From positions 408,750 to 472,749 of IMG/VR virus record IMGVR_UViG_3300050821_013430: a stretch of 64,000 bases of DNA; one strand, given 5' to 3'. Positions 46,377 to 58,166 of this stretch are shown piece after piece. The translations under genes were made by a program, and so were the position numbers. A model generated the notes under the pieces. The model worked only from the letters and a program-made list of their open reading frames with translations. It ran no database searches and was not told the origin of the DNA. Within the stretch, counting starts at the first letter, position 1. The number at the start of each line of letters is the position of its first letter.

Positions 46377-48083
46377 TTATATGATAAACCAATCAGTTCC
46401 ATTGCTGACCAATCGCAAACATCCGAAATTGACTTGATAGACCAAACTGGCTGCTACCGTATCAATTTTTTCGCTTCCATGTCGCACGATGGTAATATTG
46501 TTGGTTTCTGCTGCCCCTGAAATATCTTTAATGAACAGATAACGTCCTGCGGTTGGTGCTGGTAAGGTAAGATTGAAGGCAGCAGAATGGTTACATAGAA
46601 TGATTAGATCTGATATATTATAACCGGAACCACCGTTACCGTTATCAATGGTATATGTTCCGGTTATAGTAGTAATATCATTCAATGCTAATCCAGATTG
46701 AATGGCTACCACTCCACCTTTTCCAGAATTATATCCCGTTCCACCATAAAGTCCCAGAATACCACCATTGGTATTTCCACTGGTTTTACTAGCTTGAGAG
46801 AATACATCAAGTTCTTGTCCGTCGCCCGTGTTAGAAATTGCTTGACCAATTTGTGGATTCACAGATGCAGCGTCGAATTTTAAAGTTCCAGCATTTACAC
46901 CATCTCCAGATAATGTTATCGTTGATGAGGACCCAATAATAATCTTAGCTCCAGCCCCATGTATGGTTAAAGCAGATCCGCCAGTGGAAGCGTCGATGGT
47001 GGGGTTAGAGATACTACTATTCCATTGTAAGGAAGTAGCATTGAAAGGAATAGTGCCTCCGGCGCCACCATTACCGCTAATGGCCGCTACATATTGATTA
47101 GTACTAGTACTTCCTGTCAAATCATTAGCCCACGTAACTCCGCTTGCGCCCCAGCTATAAGCCCCAGAATTGTAAGTTAAAACCGTGTTAGTTCCAGATG
47201 GAGATGGAACCGCAATATTCTGTAATCCCGTGACAGTTACAGTACCTGTATTACCAATACTGGCGTCACCACCTACCGTAGTCCAAGTTGGAGATGGTGC
47301 TGCGTTATTAAGCAAAATTTGTGCAACAGAACCGGCAACCAATTTGTTGACTGCGATGGCAGCTGAGGATGAGACATCTGCATTAACTATTGTCGAAGAG
47401 GTAAAGTTGCCCGAACTATCAGAATGAACAATACCCGTTCCCAATCCTGTATCCTGCATGGAAGTAACCGTAGCTCCACCAGTAGATAATGTGCCGGTTG
47501 TGCTAACATTCTGTGATCCAAAAACGGGACTAATTTTGGTTCCTGCAATTGCGGCAGATGCATTGATATCTGTATTGACAATACTACCAGTCAAATTTAG
47601 TTTGCTATAGATAATAGCCGCTGAAGATGATACTTGTGCGTTAGAAATTTGTTCCCAAATAGAAGCGGTACCACTAGTGGCCACTAAAACTTGATTAACA
47701 GAAGGGGATGTGTTAACTGAAGTTCCATTGATTTTAGCAACAGTATTACTACCTAGAGCACCAGTAACATCACCGACAAGTGTATCAATATCAATAATAG
47801 ATTTAGGTTCCCATTCACTATCGGCCATAACCCAAGTAAGCACTTGTCCATCAATGGGCGCTGAAGTACTAATAGCATTACCTTGAATTTTGGCTACCGT
47901 TGGATTTGGATATGTTCCCGATAAATCTCCACCAGCATATCCATCCGGTGGGAGGCTACTTGGAAGATTTGTGGGAATCCATTCCATGCCATTCCACTCT
48001 AGTACTTGATCTATAGTTGGATCGACCTTGGAAACTGGATTACCTTGAATCGCTGTTACTCTTTTAGATATGTCCGATGGCAT
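46377..48083 (-). CDS. tail-fibre-like protein
   Basis: GGDLSGTYPNPTV repeats; C-terminal LTLPAP..GR...KD..G. Confidence 0.7.
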   Translation of the reverse strand: MPSDISKRVTAIQGNPVSKVDPTIDQVLEWNGMEWIPTNLPSSLPPDGYAGGDLSGTYPNPTVAKIQGNAISTSAPIDGQVLTWVMADSEWEPKSIIDIDTLVGDVTGALGSNTVAKINGTSVNTSPSVNQVLVATSGTASIWEQISNAQVSSSAAIIYSKLNLTGSIVNTDINASAAIAGTKISPVFGSQNVSTTGTLSTGGATVTSMQDTGLGTGIVHSDSSGNFTSSTIVNADVSSSAAIAVNKLVAGSVAQILLNNAAPSPTWTTVGGDASIGNTGTVTVTGLQNIAVPSPSGTNTVLTYNSGAYSWGASGVTWANDLTGSTSTNQYVAAISGNGGAGGTIPFNATSLQWNSSISNPTIDASTGGSALTIHGAGAKIIIGSSSTITLSGDGVNAGTLKFDAASVNPQIGQAISNTGDGQELDVFSQASKTSGNTNGGILGLYGGTGYNSGKGGVVAIQSGLALNDITTITGTYTIDNGNGGSGYNISDLIILCNHSAAFNLTLPAPTAGRYLFIKDISGAAETNNITIVRHGSEKIDTVAASLVYQVNFGCLRLVSNGTDWFII

Positions 48084-48114
48084 TTAGGTCTCCTGAAATG
48101 ATGCAACAATATTG

Positions 48115-51100
48115 TCATTTCTGGCTTCGCGCATAAATAGGATCATTGACTACTAATTCCGCCTCATCCTCGGCAGTGAGTTCCTGCATTGAGAGTTTCA
48201 TTCGTTTGCCGGTCATTTGATTGATAGCCAATACGAATGTCTGTTGTTCGCGGAATTTCCAATCGGCTCCACGAGCCTCGTCGGTGAGGTTCAAGTCGCC
48301 GGAGGTAATGGTAACCCCACGGATTAGGCTCCAACGGAAGCCGTTGACGCCAATGCTGCCGGTATTATCCGTAACAGGTTGGAAAGTAGTTGCGCCACCA
48401 GCATTGAGCATAACCGAAGAGGCGTTGGGAGATACCATATTATCTCTAATATGCACAGTGGTAGCATCAAAAAATACATCCGGAGCGCTCAGTTGAGTAA
48501 AACTTGATACTAGAGCCTGGAAAAGACTTGCGGAAATCTGACCATAGGTGGTAACGGTATTGAGCGTTCTAAAATGCGTTACATTTGCATCCGAATAGTT
48601 ATCGAGGGCAAGTAACTGGTTATACGAAGATGGCTGTGATAGGAAGCTAGTGGCACTAGCTATGAGCGTTGATGATCCTCCCGCAGGCGTATAGGTCAAG
48701 GCAGTTGGACTGAACTGAAACTGCGTTGTTCCACCAGTTTGGATGTACACACTACCAACAGTAGATAATCCGCTATTGCCAGCTCCCAAAATGAGATTGC
48801 CACCGCTATGTCCCGCACCAGTTGCACTCTGTGCCGTAATAAGCATCTGTTGTCCGCTTCCCGATGAAGTAGAAACTTGTGTTAGCGTAGGATTTACCGT
48901 TCCAGTGGTCCATTGCAGGGTCGCGGGCGTAATATTGATGGGAGTGCTACCGCTAATGGCCGCGACTAACGGATTGGGATAGGTGCCGGAGAGATCGCCA
49001 CCCGCCGCGCCCCCCGGAGTACCGCCCGCATTGCTAATAAGTTGAAAGGTTCCAGGAGAACCACCAACAGTACAAATCCATCCGTATGGACTTCCAAGAG
49101 TGGGCGTAGTATTGAGAACTACATCTCCTTGCTTATATGTGCCGGATACGGGAATAGCTGTGGCATAGTAAGTTGATACTATATCATCTTGGGCAGTTGG
49201 GTTTCCGGGATATGTCCAATCCTTGACTTTCCTTCCCTTCTGCAAAGCAAACAATCCAAACCAGAACTCATCACCTGATCGAAGATTGTAGAAACTGAAT
49301 GCGATCTGCCGATTGACATAGCCATCATAGTAGAAGCTGGTGGATATTCGTTGCCAGATGGCGTAACCATCCGAGGGTGTTGATCCAGAATAGTCCAGCG
49401 TGTCAATGATGAAGTTGTTTGCTGCTACGATTGGATCATAGAACGATAAGCCTACTTGTCCATTGGCGGTAGCCTTGATGGCCATAGAGAAGGTGTATTC
49501 TCCTGCTGGCATTGAGGTTGTTAGAAAGGCTGTTGGTGAGGCTGCTATGTATAGTCCTGGGGTGGCGGTGCATAGAATGCCTCCGATGTTATAGCCCGTT
49601 GTTGTATCAGTTGACCCACCAGCGACATTAGTTGATCCGAGGCCAGTTAGTGTCGTATAGTCAATATTTCCAGTAGACCAGTAGTTCTGGGATACGCCAA
49701 TGTTCGCTTCGGTTCCCTTGAACTCGCGAAGTCTATAGCGTTTCAATTCGCCAGTGACGTCCTCTCCAAACGGGAAGGTGTGTAGTACGTTGTTGCTGGT
49801 GGTGAATCGAAAGTCAGGATACAAATCGATGAAGTTGTCGATGTTGATAACGATGGTTGATCGCTGACGATACAAGTAGCTGGTTTTTGGACACGATACG
49901 GAGTCAATCCAAATACCATTAGATTCCATCAACACGTTGCCGTATGGTAATCCGCTTGGGATACCTTGATGTAACATTCGAACGTCGATCTTGGCGGGGA
50001 AGTAATCGTAGATTTCCATCCAGTATAAGCCTGCGCAAGATGATAGAACCGAGGAATCGAACTTGATCAGACATTGATAGGAACCTGGGTCGGTAATGGC
50101 AGCAAGGCTCTGACCATAGTAAGAGAAATTGTTGGCTTTGATTCGTAGAATTGGGGCGCCGGATTCACCACCGAACCGACAACTATCAGCAGTGAAGGCT
50201 CCCAGCCCACCTAGCCAAGCACTATGGGTGGTTGCTACCGTTTGATCTCCGAACTGTGGAGCCATTACGCAGTTCTGCAAAATCAGGTTGTCATAGCTGA
50301 CCATAAACGGAAGGATATACCCATCATCATCATAAACCAAAACAGCATTAGCATCGTCAAGAGTACTCTGTGAAGGTATCATATAGCAGTCGGATACCTG
50401 AGCTCCGTCGAAACCAGCGTGCCAAGCGCAAGAAGTCTCGAAGTGGCAGTCTCGAACGAACATTGTCGCTGCGCTGCTACGATTTTCAATGGTGGTATCC
50501 AAGAAGATACTGGGGCCAGCGTTGTGCCAAAAGCTGCACCGAGTAATGCTATTGGGGCCACCAGCCTCCACCGTTCCAAGGCTTCCACCATAATGATGAG
50601 AAGGACCATTTAGAACAACAGCGCTCTTGCCATTGAGGAAGGTAATACCTTCGATATAGTCAAAGTAGTTGCCCGAGCGAAGGATATGCTGATTGGGGCT
50701 GGCGCAGTTGAGGATGCTGTTCTCGCCGAGAAAGGTAATGGCATCCGTCATTTCCAAGCAAGCGATATTGGTGCCAGCAGAAGATACAACATAGGAGCCG
50801 TGGGGCAAAAAGACTGTGCTATGGGGCCAGATGGCACCAATCGTAGGAGGTTGTGGGGCTGTATCGATGATATTAGTGCCAGCATCCAAAGCCGCTTGAA
50901 TAGCAGCGGTGTCATCGGTGCTATTGTCTCCCTTGGCTCCCCACCATTTGACGGAAAGTTTTTCACTGGGAGTTGATGCGGGATAGGCAAAAGTTACCTT
51001 GCCACCAGCACTGATATCAAAGATTTGTTGAGCGATTCCGGCGATTATACTGGCCAAAGTAATAGTAACGGCACCAGAAGATGGTTTTAGAATGGCTCCT

Positions 51101-51300
51101 TGATCAAATTTGACCGTTGTGCTGGTGCCGAAAGTTAGGTTAGAGGCAACCTTATACACACCAGGTGGAATGAAAATAGTTCCAGTATTAGCAATCTTGC
51201 TAATGGCACTATTGAACGCAGCGGTATCGTCGGTCGCACCATCGCCTTGGGCGTGAAATGGGCTCTCTTTTATGTTGATGAAGTTGAATTCGATACTCAT
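48115..51300 (-). CDS. tailspike with beta-helix, carbohydrate-binding-like region and fibre C-terminus
   Basis: Two GD...DDTAA motifs; GTYKQGDVV...GWIC; SGDLNL...W...E...N..TGK. Confidence 0.75.
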   Translation of the reverse strand: MSIEFNFINIKESPFHAQGDGATDDTAAFNSAISKIANTGTIFIPPGVYKVASNLTFGTSTTVKFDQGAILKPSSGAVTITLASIIAGIAQQIFDISAGGKVTFAYPASTPSEKLSVKWWGAKGDNSTDDTAAIQAALDAGTNIIDTAPQPPTIGAIWPHSTVFLPHGSYVVSSAGTNIACLEMTDAITFLGENSILNCASPNQHILRSGNYFDYIEGITFLNGKSAVVLNGPSHHYGGSLGTVEAGGPNSITRCSFWHNAGPSIFLDTTIENRSSAATMFVRDCHFETSCAWHAGFDGAQVSDCYMIPSQSTLDDANAVLVYDDDGYILPFMVSYDNLILQNCVMAPQFGDQTVATTHSAWLGGLGAFTADSCRFGGESGAPILRIKANNFSYYGQSLAAITDPGSYQCLIKFDSSVLSSCAGLYWMEIYDYFPAKIDVRMLHQGIPSGLPYGNVLMESNGIWIDSVSCPKTSYLYRQRSTIVINIDNFIDLYPDFRFTTSNNVLHTFPFGEDVTGELKRYRLREFKGTEANIGVSQNYWSTGNIDYTTLTGLGSTNVAGGSTDTTTGYNIGGILCTATPGLYIAASPTAFLTTSMPAGEYTFSMAIKATANGQVGLSFYDPIVAANNFIIDTLDYSGSTPSDGYAIWQRISTSFYYDGYVNRQIAFSFYNLRSGDEFWFGLFALQKGRKVKDWTYPGNPTAQDDIVSTYYATAIPVSGTYKQGDVVLNTTPTLGSPYGWICTVGGSPGTFQLISNAGGTPGGAAGGDLSGTYPNPLVAAISGSTPINITPATLQWTTGTVNPTLTQVSTSSGSGQQMLITAQSATGAGHSGGNLILGAGNSGLSTVGSVYIQTGGTTQFQFSPTALTYTPAGGSSTLIASATSFLSQPSSYNQLLALDNYSDANVTHFRTLNTVTTYGQISASLFQALVSSFTQLSAPDVFFDATTVHIRDNMVSPNASSVMLNAGGATTFQPVTDNTGSIGVNGFRWSLIRGVTITSGDLNLTDEARGADWKFREQQTFVLAINQMTGKRMKLSMQELTAEDEAELVVNDPIYARSQK

Positions 51301-51308
51301 TGGTTATC

Positions 51309-53147
51309 CTATCCGCTCACCATCTGTTCGGTCGTAAGGTAAATAGTAAGCGAACCACCCGTTAGATCGGCAGGCGTCCCGACTGTCATAGCGAGTTGCA
51401 TAAACCCACCACTAAATGATGCCATTCCACCGCCCTGAACAAGTGTTGCTCGCGCAAGCTCTACTCCCAAATCCCCATCAACAAGTCCCCAGGTTGCCGT
51501 ACTAGTTGCCAAAAATGCTTGGAGGTATGAATTCGCTCCAACAGAGCTGATACCTACTGCAAATTGAGGAGCAGACCCAGCCGATACCGTAAATGCCGTA
51601 GTAACCTTCGCCACAACACTATGCACTTTTGTACCAGCCTGAAACTGACAGAGAGAGACTGTTCCAGCATTGGCCGTTATTGTTGCTGCACTGATGGTGA
51701 ACTCTTGGGTGGATACTCGTAATTCGCCTTTCCGTCGCACCACGACACCTGATGAAGTACTTGACACACCGGTCGTCGGTACAATTCCTCCAACAGGTAG
51801 CGGGAACCCAAACAGTGGCCGCAGTAATTCACCGCTTCCTCCAATATAATCACCGCCCATATCACCGAACGAAAAGACTTCAAGCCGATTGACATCTGCG
51901 TAATCACTCTTGGTAAGCGCATTATGTGAACCATCAAAGGCATCGAGAGCGCTAACAGTAAATCGGTAACAGTTGTTTAGTGATAGAAGCCCACTTCCAG
52001 GACCGATATCTGGAATGGTATCGCTAACTCCAATCGATGCTGCATTGCTTCCACCGCCGCTGCCATCAATGATATTGCCAATCAATGATAGTTTGCCACC
52101 GTACTGAATGATCATTGCATTGCCCAAGATGATGACTGCTTGTCCGCCATAATGAACAGTTGCCCCGCTAACAAGATTGGTGGTGCTACAAGTCAAGTTG
52201 TTGTTTTGTACTAGGGCATGTCCAACAGCGTGGGCGACACCAATATCCGCCAAGAACTGCGTGTCGAACTCTGGGAAACTCGAATTAGAGCTCTGACCGC
52301 TCTCGACCGCACAATCCGTTACGGTGAGGTTTTGCCCGCCTGTTAGAATACAAACGCCCGGCAAAAGCGTTACTGGAGGAGTAAGTGATGCTGCGCCAAC
52401 ATGCATCGAACCGAACCCGCACCACCGAACAACGGTATTGTCACCGCCGCTATTGAAAATACCCACTTCCATACTGACGAACTGGCATCCCTCAATCAGA
52501 TAGTCTTTTGCGTTGGCGCCGCTGACATTGTTGAACCCATAGCCGGTGGTAAAGCCCGGATTGTCAGAGCATCCTTGGAAGAAACAATCGCGCACGGCGA
52601 GTGTATCCGTTTGATATTGGGGCCCGCTCGTTTCACCTACCAGCAACAATGAGGAGCCGTGATTGGTCGATGCAATCGTATCGCAACATGCAGTGAAAGT
52701 ACAGCGTTCGATACGCACTCCGCTTGATCCAGCCCCACCAATCCCAGTAGCAGAATGTACCCAAAGGCCAGTTGTCGCAAGGAAGTTTCCGTCGAAGGTG
52801 ATATTGGAAATCCGTGAGTTAGTTAGACCACGGCACTCCATGATTGTACCACCAACAGAACCGTGCCATTGAAGCCACGCACCAGACGGTGTTAGACCAA
52901 TACCAGGCCCCACTATATCAATACCGGCACCACGACTGGCAACTAACAATAGCGTACTGGTGATCTTGTAGAAAGACGTAGCGGCCGGGATGAAAAGTGT
53001 AACCGCGTTGTTGTTAGCCAAAGTGCTAACTGCGGTAATAGCGGCCTGAATAGCGGCGGTATCATCCGTCACTCCGTCTCCCCTAGCGTTATATGGGAAG
53101 TCCTGGACATTGATGGTGACTATCGGATGTGTGAGGTTTATGGTCAT
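51309..53147 (-). CDS. tailspike-like beta-helix protein, paralog of 41786..43534
   Basis: YNARGDGVTDDTAAIQAA; shared C-terminal GE.R...GL..GDLG..L....VQG. Confidence 0.75.
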   Translation of the reverse strand: MTINLTHPIVTINVQDFPYNARGDGVTDDTAAIQAAITAVSTLANNNAVTLFIPAATSFYKITSTLLLVASRGAGIDIVGPGIGLTPSGAWLQWHGSVGGTIMECRGLTNSRISNITFDGNFLATTGLWVHSATGIGGAGSSGVRIERCTFTACCDTIASTNHGSSLLLVGETSGPQYQTDTLAVRDCFFQGCSDNPGFTTGYGFNNVSGANAKDYLIEGCQFVSMEVGIFNSGGDNTVVRWCGFGSMHVGAASLTPPVTLLPGVCILTGGQNLTVTDCAVESGQSSNSSFPEFDTQFLADIGVAHAVGHALVQNNNLTCSTTNLVSGATVHYGGQAVIILGNAMIIQYGGKLSLIGNIIDGSGGGSNAASIGVSDTIPDIGPGSGLLSLNNCYRFTVSALDAFDGSHNALTKSDYADVNRLEVFSFGDMGGDYIGGSGELLRPLFGFPLPVGGIVPTTGVSSTSSGVVVRRKGELRVSTQEFTISAATITANAGTVSLCQFQAGTKVHSVVAKVTTAFTVSAGSAPQFAVGISSVGANSYLQAFLATSTATWGLVDGDLGVELARATLVQGGGMASFSGGFMQLAMTVGTPADLTGGSLTIYLTTEQMVSG

Positions 53148-54034
53148 TACACGATACTCCAAAATCCTGAACTGCCATACACCAATTGAACACCTTCATA
53201 GTTGACATTCATTATGTAGTTGGCGTTCCCATCGATGGTATTTCCGTTGCCAGCAATGGTGATGAAATGGGCTTGCGCCGAACTTTTTTGATCCTTGATG
53301 AAGAGGGTTTGTCCAACGGTTGGGCTGGCGGGCAGCGTGATGGTGATGTTCGAGGAAAGAGTGCCCACCATAATTATCCGATCAGAGCTCACTACTGGAT
53401 AGTTAGTAGTAACTGGAGTGATGGTTTCGATATTGTCGCCAATCAGTGGGACATAGGCTCCTCCATTTTGGGAGACCAAGAACTGATTTTGAGTAGCATC
53501 GTAGTAGATAATGCCCTGACTAGGGTCAGATACAGCAGGAGAACCAGAGATACTATTGACAATAAACTTGCCATTTAGAGTGAAGAGTCCGGTCGTTTCA
53601 GAAGTGGAAAGCATCGGCCCGGAAGTGATTTGACCGGTAGTGGTGATATTCTGATTGTAGAAGTTGGTACCGGGAACATAGGAAATGCCCTCAAAAATCA
53701 AAGTTTGACCCAAAGTTGGTGCGGTAGTAGAGATAGGAACGCCCTGCAAACCAACAACCAAAGGAGCGTTATTGGTGCCTCCTAAATCTTGACCAATTCT
53801 AACTCCACCGCTGGGACCTCCACCTGAATTGATTTCGGCCTGCATTGCGTCTAAACGGGCTCTGACGGTGGAATAGGTACCGGATGGCTTGACCCCTAGC
53901 TCGGTCTCAACGGCAATTATAGCGGCTTTTAGGCGGTTGAGTACCTCAGCATTATACAGGGTAATATTATCGAAAACAGTTGGCAGACTAATACTGTTGT
54001 CGATTTGTGCCGGATATAGGATGTTGATGACCAT
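53147..54034 (-). CDS. tail-fibre-like protein
   Basis: AIIAVETELG; DLGGT...P.V.GLQG; ITLPASPT.G....KD. Confidence 0.65.
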   Translation of the reverse strand: MVINILYPAQIDNSISLPTVFDNITLYNAEVLNRLKAAIIAVETELGVKPSGTYSTVRARLDAMQAEINSGGGPSGGVRIGQDLGGTNNAPLVVGLQGVPISTTAPTLGQTLIFEGISYVPGTNFYNQNITTTGQITSGPMLSTSETTGLFTLNGKFIVNSISGSPAVSDPSQGIIYYDATQNQFLVSQNGGAYVPLIGDNIETITPVTTNYPVVSSDRIIMVGTLSSNITITLPASPTVGQTLFIKDQKSSAQAHFITIAGNGNTIDGNANYIMNVNYEGVQLVYGSSGFWSIV

Positions 54035-54075
54035 AATCTACAAGATATGCTGAATTATCGATACATCATTTAGTA

Positions 54076-54864
54076 TTAGAGATCGTTGAAAAGAGCGTCT
54101 AGTCTGATACGCTGATAATTGAAACTAAAAGCAGTTCCACTTCCATCTCGTTGTCCACCTAAGAGAATTCCCATACTACCAGGATTTGTTAGAGTTGTAC
54201 CACCAATATTAACCATGCTGGCTGCCTTAGTGGTGCCCATAAAAGTTACCGTGGTTGGTTGAAAAATACTCAATGGGGGAAATGGGGTGCCAGCTGAAAT
54301 AGATCCGGCTCGATAGGAACTGATCTTATGCAACTGTGGTGAAGACGCTTCTATTACATAAGTTTTAGAAGTACTACTAAGAGTGTATAAATCAAGGCTA
54401 ATTGTGGTATTCCCGCCACTGATACTAAGTTGGCTTCCGCCCCCGGTACCCGAAGGATCGACAAATCCACGATAATTTATTCCGGTAAGTGCATCGCTAT
54501 TACTATCAAATCCAAAAATTTCTAAATCAAAATTGGCCGCTGGGTTATCACTTCCAATAGAAACCCATAATCGTATTCCGGTATTCCATCCAAAACGTCC
54601 CCCATAATTCTGAAATACTTGCGAAAATGAAAGCCATAAGTATGGCAGTGTTCTTGTACCCCCGTCATAAAAACTAGTGCTAGCTGGTTGAAAATTCAAT
54701 CCAGTACCATTGATAATAGAAGAGTGAGTGGCTTCATTTGCACTATTTCCCTTAGTCCAAGTCAATCCGGCGATAGTGTAAGTACCATCAGTAATAAAAG
54801 TCTGATTTGGTTGCTGACTAAAATCAACTTCTAAAACTGTCTTCCAACCTCTACGATATGTCAT
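54076..54864 (-). CDS. putative structural protein, tandem paralog of 54851..55690
   Basis: MTYRR.W.TV.E.DF.QQPNQTF.TDG shared. Confidence 0.7.
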   Translation of the reverse strand: MTYRRGWKTVLEVDFSQQPNQTFITDGTYTIAGLTWTKGNSANEATHSSIINGTGLNFQPASTSFYDGGTRTLPYLWLSFSQVFQNYGGRFGWNTGIRLWVSIGSDNPAANFDLEIFGFDSNSDALTGINYRGFVDPSGTGGGSQLSISGGNTTISLDLYTLSSTSKTYVIEASSPQLHKISSYRAGSISAGTPFPPLSIFQPTTVTFMGTTKAASMVNIGGTTLTNPGSMGILLGGQRDGSGTAFSFNYQRIRLDALFNDL

Positions 54865-55690
54865 CGTACCCTCCAAAACAAGCATCTAGTCTAACACGCT
54901 GAAAGAAAATACTTAGAGAAGTGCCGCTCTGTGCTCTTTTAGCGCCTAAAATTATACCCATTAATTGAGGGTAAAAACTAGTTATTCCCGTACCGGCGCC
55001 TACAATTAATCCAAGATTGACAGTACTAGCAACAGAGGTACCACCCATAAAAGTTACTTGTTCCGGTAAAAAAGTACTTAGCGGTGGAAATGGGGTATTG
55101 ACTGCTAATGATGCTGTGCGATAAAGATTTATTTTATGTAATTGGACACTAGATATTTCTAGACAAAGAGTTTTATTACCATTACCAAGCGTAAAAACAT
55201 CTTCTTGAAAAGAGGCAGTACCCAAACTTGTATTAGGAGTAATGGCAACTGATGTTGCAGTACCGGTTGTTGTTGAGGCGGGCAAAATATAGCCCCTATT
55301 AACTACACCTTCTAACGCCGCGCCATTATTATCAAATCCAAATACTTCGCAATCGAAATCAGCTGTTAGATTGTCCGATCCAATAGAAACAAATAGCCTA
55401 AGAGCAGTATTCCATCCGAACTTATTTCCATAGTTAGCGAATATATTAGCACAAGAAAGCCATAAATATGGCAGATCGTGAATATTACCATTGTAGTCAG
55501 CGTTTGTTCCCGGTTGAAAATTTAATCCCGTCCCGTTGATAATAGACGCCGCAACGGCGTCATTGGTAGAATTATGTTTCACCCAAGTAAATCCACCAAC
55601 CGTGTAATTACCATCAGTAGCAAATGTTTGATTAGGCTGTTGAGTGAAATCAATTTCCATCACCGTCGACCAGTCCCTGCGATAAGTCAT
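54851..55690 (-). CDS. putative structural protein, tandem paralog of 54076..54864
   Basis: End-to-end similarity with 54076..54864. Confidence 0.7.
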   Translation of the reverse strand: MTYRRDWSTVMEIDFTQQPNQTFATDGNYTVGGFTWVKHNSTNDAVAASIINGTGLNFQPGTNADYNGNIHDLPYLWLSCANIFANYGNKFGWNTALRLFVSIGSDNLTADFDCEVFGFDNNGAALEGVVNRGYILPASTTTGTATSVAITPNTSLGTASFQEDVFTLGNGNKTLCLEISSVQLHKINLYRTASLAVNTPFPPLSTFLPEQVTFMGGTSVASTVNLGLIVGAGTGITSFYPQLMGIILGAKRAQSGTSLSIFFQRVRLDACFGGYDDIS

Positions 55691-55700
55691 CTATTCTCCA

Positions 55701-58121
55701 TTATACGATTGACCAGTAAAGAGAGTTATATGCCAAGGTAATAGCCGTATAGTTTTCATTGATGATCACGGTACCTGTGGCAGAGCCATAAATACCAGTG
55801 GGCTGGCCATTGAACTGCTCAATAACATTACCGTTACCAATAAGGGTGAGATTGTTATTGGATGAGTTTCCCACGATATCCTTGAAGGTATGCTTTTCTC
55901 CCAGAGTAGGACCGGATGGTAAAGTAATGGTGAAGGGACCGGTGGCCAAATTGACAAAGACATCTCCGTCAGTGGGTTGTAAATTGTAGCTGCCAGTTCC
56001 ATTTTTCACCAAGGAATTAAAACCTAGGACTGGACCAGTTACTCCGGCTACTCCGCCTGGCGAAATCATACCAGTAGCTATGGCGCTACCAACCGGAATA
56101 TTTACTCCCGAGTAACCAAGATTTTGCAACGAGAAAGTTGGAACGGCACCAGAAGCTACTTGATAATAGCCTCCGCTTCCAATGAAAACGAACTGCCCAA
56201 TTTGGATCCAATAGCCGGAAGGTATTTGGACAGCAATATCAGAGCCTACCGCGGGCTGAGTGAAACCGTATGATGTCGAATAAGCATTGATACCAATGGG
56301 ACCAGTAACTCCAGGACTACCTTGCGCTCCCTGCGGACCTGTCGGTCCGGTTACACCGGTAACGCCTGGTGATCCTTGATTGCCTTGCGGACCTGTCGGG
56401 CCAGTCACGCCCGTCACACCAGGAGAACCTTGTGCTCCTTGCGGGCCAGTAGGACCTGTTACACCAGTAACTCCTGGGGAACCCTGATTACCCTGCGGAC
56501 CGGTAGGCCCCGTAACTCCTGTTACACCAGGAGAGCCTTGCGCCCCCTGAGGTCCTGTTGGGCCCGCTACTCCGGTAGTCCCAGCAATCCCACCAGGTGA
56601 AACAAAGGCAGCGGCAACTGCGCTGCCAACAGGAATATTCACCCCCGAGTAGCCAAGATTTTGCAATGAGAATGTTGGAACGGCACCAGAGGCTACTGTA
56701 TAATAACCGCCACTTGGAATGAAAACATACTGTCCTACTTGTAGCCAATAACCGGAAGGAATCTGAATAGCAATATCTGAACCGATGGCTGGTTGAGTAA
56801 ATCCTTCGGTAGTAGAGTAAGCATTGATACCGGGAGCACCAGTTACGCCGGGAGAGCCTTGATTACCCTGAGGTCCGGTTGCTCCTGTGACGCCTGGACT
56901 TCCTTGCGGACCCTGTGGACCTGTCGCACCAGTCACTCCAGGACTTCCTTGAGGCCCTTGTGGGCCTGTAGCCCCAGTCACTCCAGGACTACCCTGAGAG
57001 CCTTGCGGCCCAGTAGCACCAGTTACCCCATCATTTCCCTGTGGTCCGGTTGGACCGGTAACTCCGGTTACTCCAGGGCTACCTTGAGAGCCTTGTGGTC
57101 CTGTGGCTCCAGTTACCCCAGGACTGCCTTGTGGTCCTTGAGAACCCGTTACTCCGGGCGAACCCTGCGGACCTTGTGGTCCGGTTGCTCCGGTTACTCC
57201 AGGGCTTCCTTGGGGGCCTTGAGGGCCAATAGGTCCAGTAGCGCCTGTTACGCCCGGAGACCCTTGTGGTCCTTGGGGACCTATTGACCCTGTCGCACCA
57301 GTCACTCCAGGAGATCCCTGAGGGCCTTGAGGTCCGACCGTGCCAGTCGGTCCTGGACTTCCCTGAGGTCCTTGTGGCCCAGTAGCACCTGTTGCACCGG
57401 GGCTGCCTGGTGGCCCCTGTGGGCCTGTAGCGCCCGTCACGCCTGGGCTTCCTTGAGGCCCCTGAGGGCCCGTAGAGCCGGAACCTGATCCACCACCGGC
57501 TGGACCGGTTGGTCCCGGAGGACCTGCCGGACCTTGCGGCCCAGCGGGACCAGTTGGACCAGGAGGACCTACACCGCTACCTCCACCACCAGGAGTAATG
57601 ATGATTGGAATAGCCGCTACGATGTAAGAGACATAAGTCCTACCATCAAAAAGGAAATGGACAATTCGATTAACAACAGAGGTCGAAGTTGCGAAAACCT
57701 TAACTACCAACCTATCAGTATTATTGATGGTAGTGGCGGTGGTTGTAGTATAACTAATTGATTCGTAAGTAGGAGTGGTATCCTGAATATTGATAGAGGA
57801 AACACTGAATAGAAGCGTTTCGTTACCAGAGATAGTACGAATATAGACGTTGAAAATTAGTTGATTGACACCGACTGGTGCATCAACATATCGAAAGACA
57901 TTGAATGCCCAGGTACTGGGCGGAAGCTGCTTCAGACCAGGATCAGTATCTGCGGTGACGAAGAAACCAATCTGAGCTTGACCCCTGCCAGTATTAACTA
58001 CAACGGCGATATCCTGTGTATTACGAGGATCAGGCGCAAAAGTGAGTTGCGAGTAGGAATTGATATCCGAACTCGCGATAGTAAAGAACTCAACCTTTTG
58101 GGCAGGAACGATTAGTGCCAT
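55701..58121 (-). CDS. collagen-like fibre protein
   Basis: Long Gly-X-Y runs ([12 protein letters not shown]); duplicated ~80-aa globular domain 537 bp apart. Confidence 0.9.
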   Translation of the reverse strand: MALIVPAQKVEFFTIASSDINSYSQLTFAPDPRNTQDIAVVVNTGRGQAQIGFFVTADTDPGLKQLPPSTWAFNVFRYVDAPVGVNQLIFNVYIRTISGNETLLFSVSSINIQDTTPTYESISYTTTTATTINNTDRLVVKVFATSTSVVNRIVHFLFDGRTYVSYIVAAIPIIITPGGGGSGVGPPGPTGPAGPQGPAGPPGPTGPAGGGSGSGSTGPQGPQGSPGVTGATGPQGPPGSPGATGATGPQGPQGSPGPTGTVGPQGPQGSPGVTGATGSIGPQGPQGSPGVTGATGPIGPQGPQGSPGVTGATGPQGPQGSPGVTGSQGPQGSPGVTGATGPQGSQGSPGVTGVTGPTGPQGNDGVTGATGPQGSQGSPGVTGATGPQGPQGSPGVTGATGPQGPQGSPGVTGATGPQGNQGSPGVTGAPGINAYSTTEGFTQPAIGSDIAIQIPSGYWLQVGQYVFIPSGGYYTVASGAVPTFSLQNLGYSGVNIPVGSAVAAAFVSPGGIAGTTGVAGPTGPQGAQGSPGVTGVTGPTGPQGNQGSPGVTGVTGPTGPQGAQGSPGVTGVTGPTGPQGNQGSPGVTGVTGPTGPQGAQGSPGVTGPIGINAYSTSYGFTQPAVGSDIAVQIPSGYWIQIGQFVFIGSGGYYQVASGAVPTFSLQNLGYSGVNIPVGSAIATGMISPGGVAGVTGPVLGFNSLVKNGTGSYNLQPTDGDVFVNLATGPFTITLPSGPTLGEKHTFKDIVGNSSNNNLTLIGNGNVIEQFNGQPTGIYGSATGTVIINENYTAITLAYNSLYWSIV

Positions 58122-58166
58122 CCTACACTATATGCAGGATTTATGGTATGGGCTAAGTACTGGGTT

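Noticed and set aside
54076-56831. Diversity-generating retroelement template/variable pair
   Set aside because: No reverse transcriptase in the window, and differences between duplicates are not adenine-specific.
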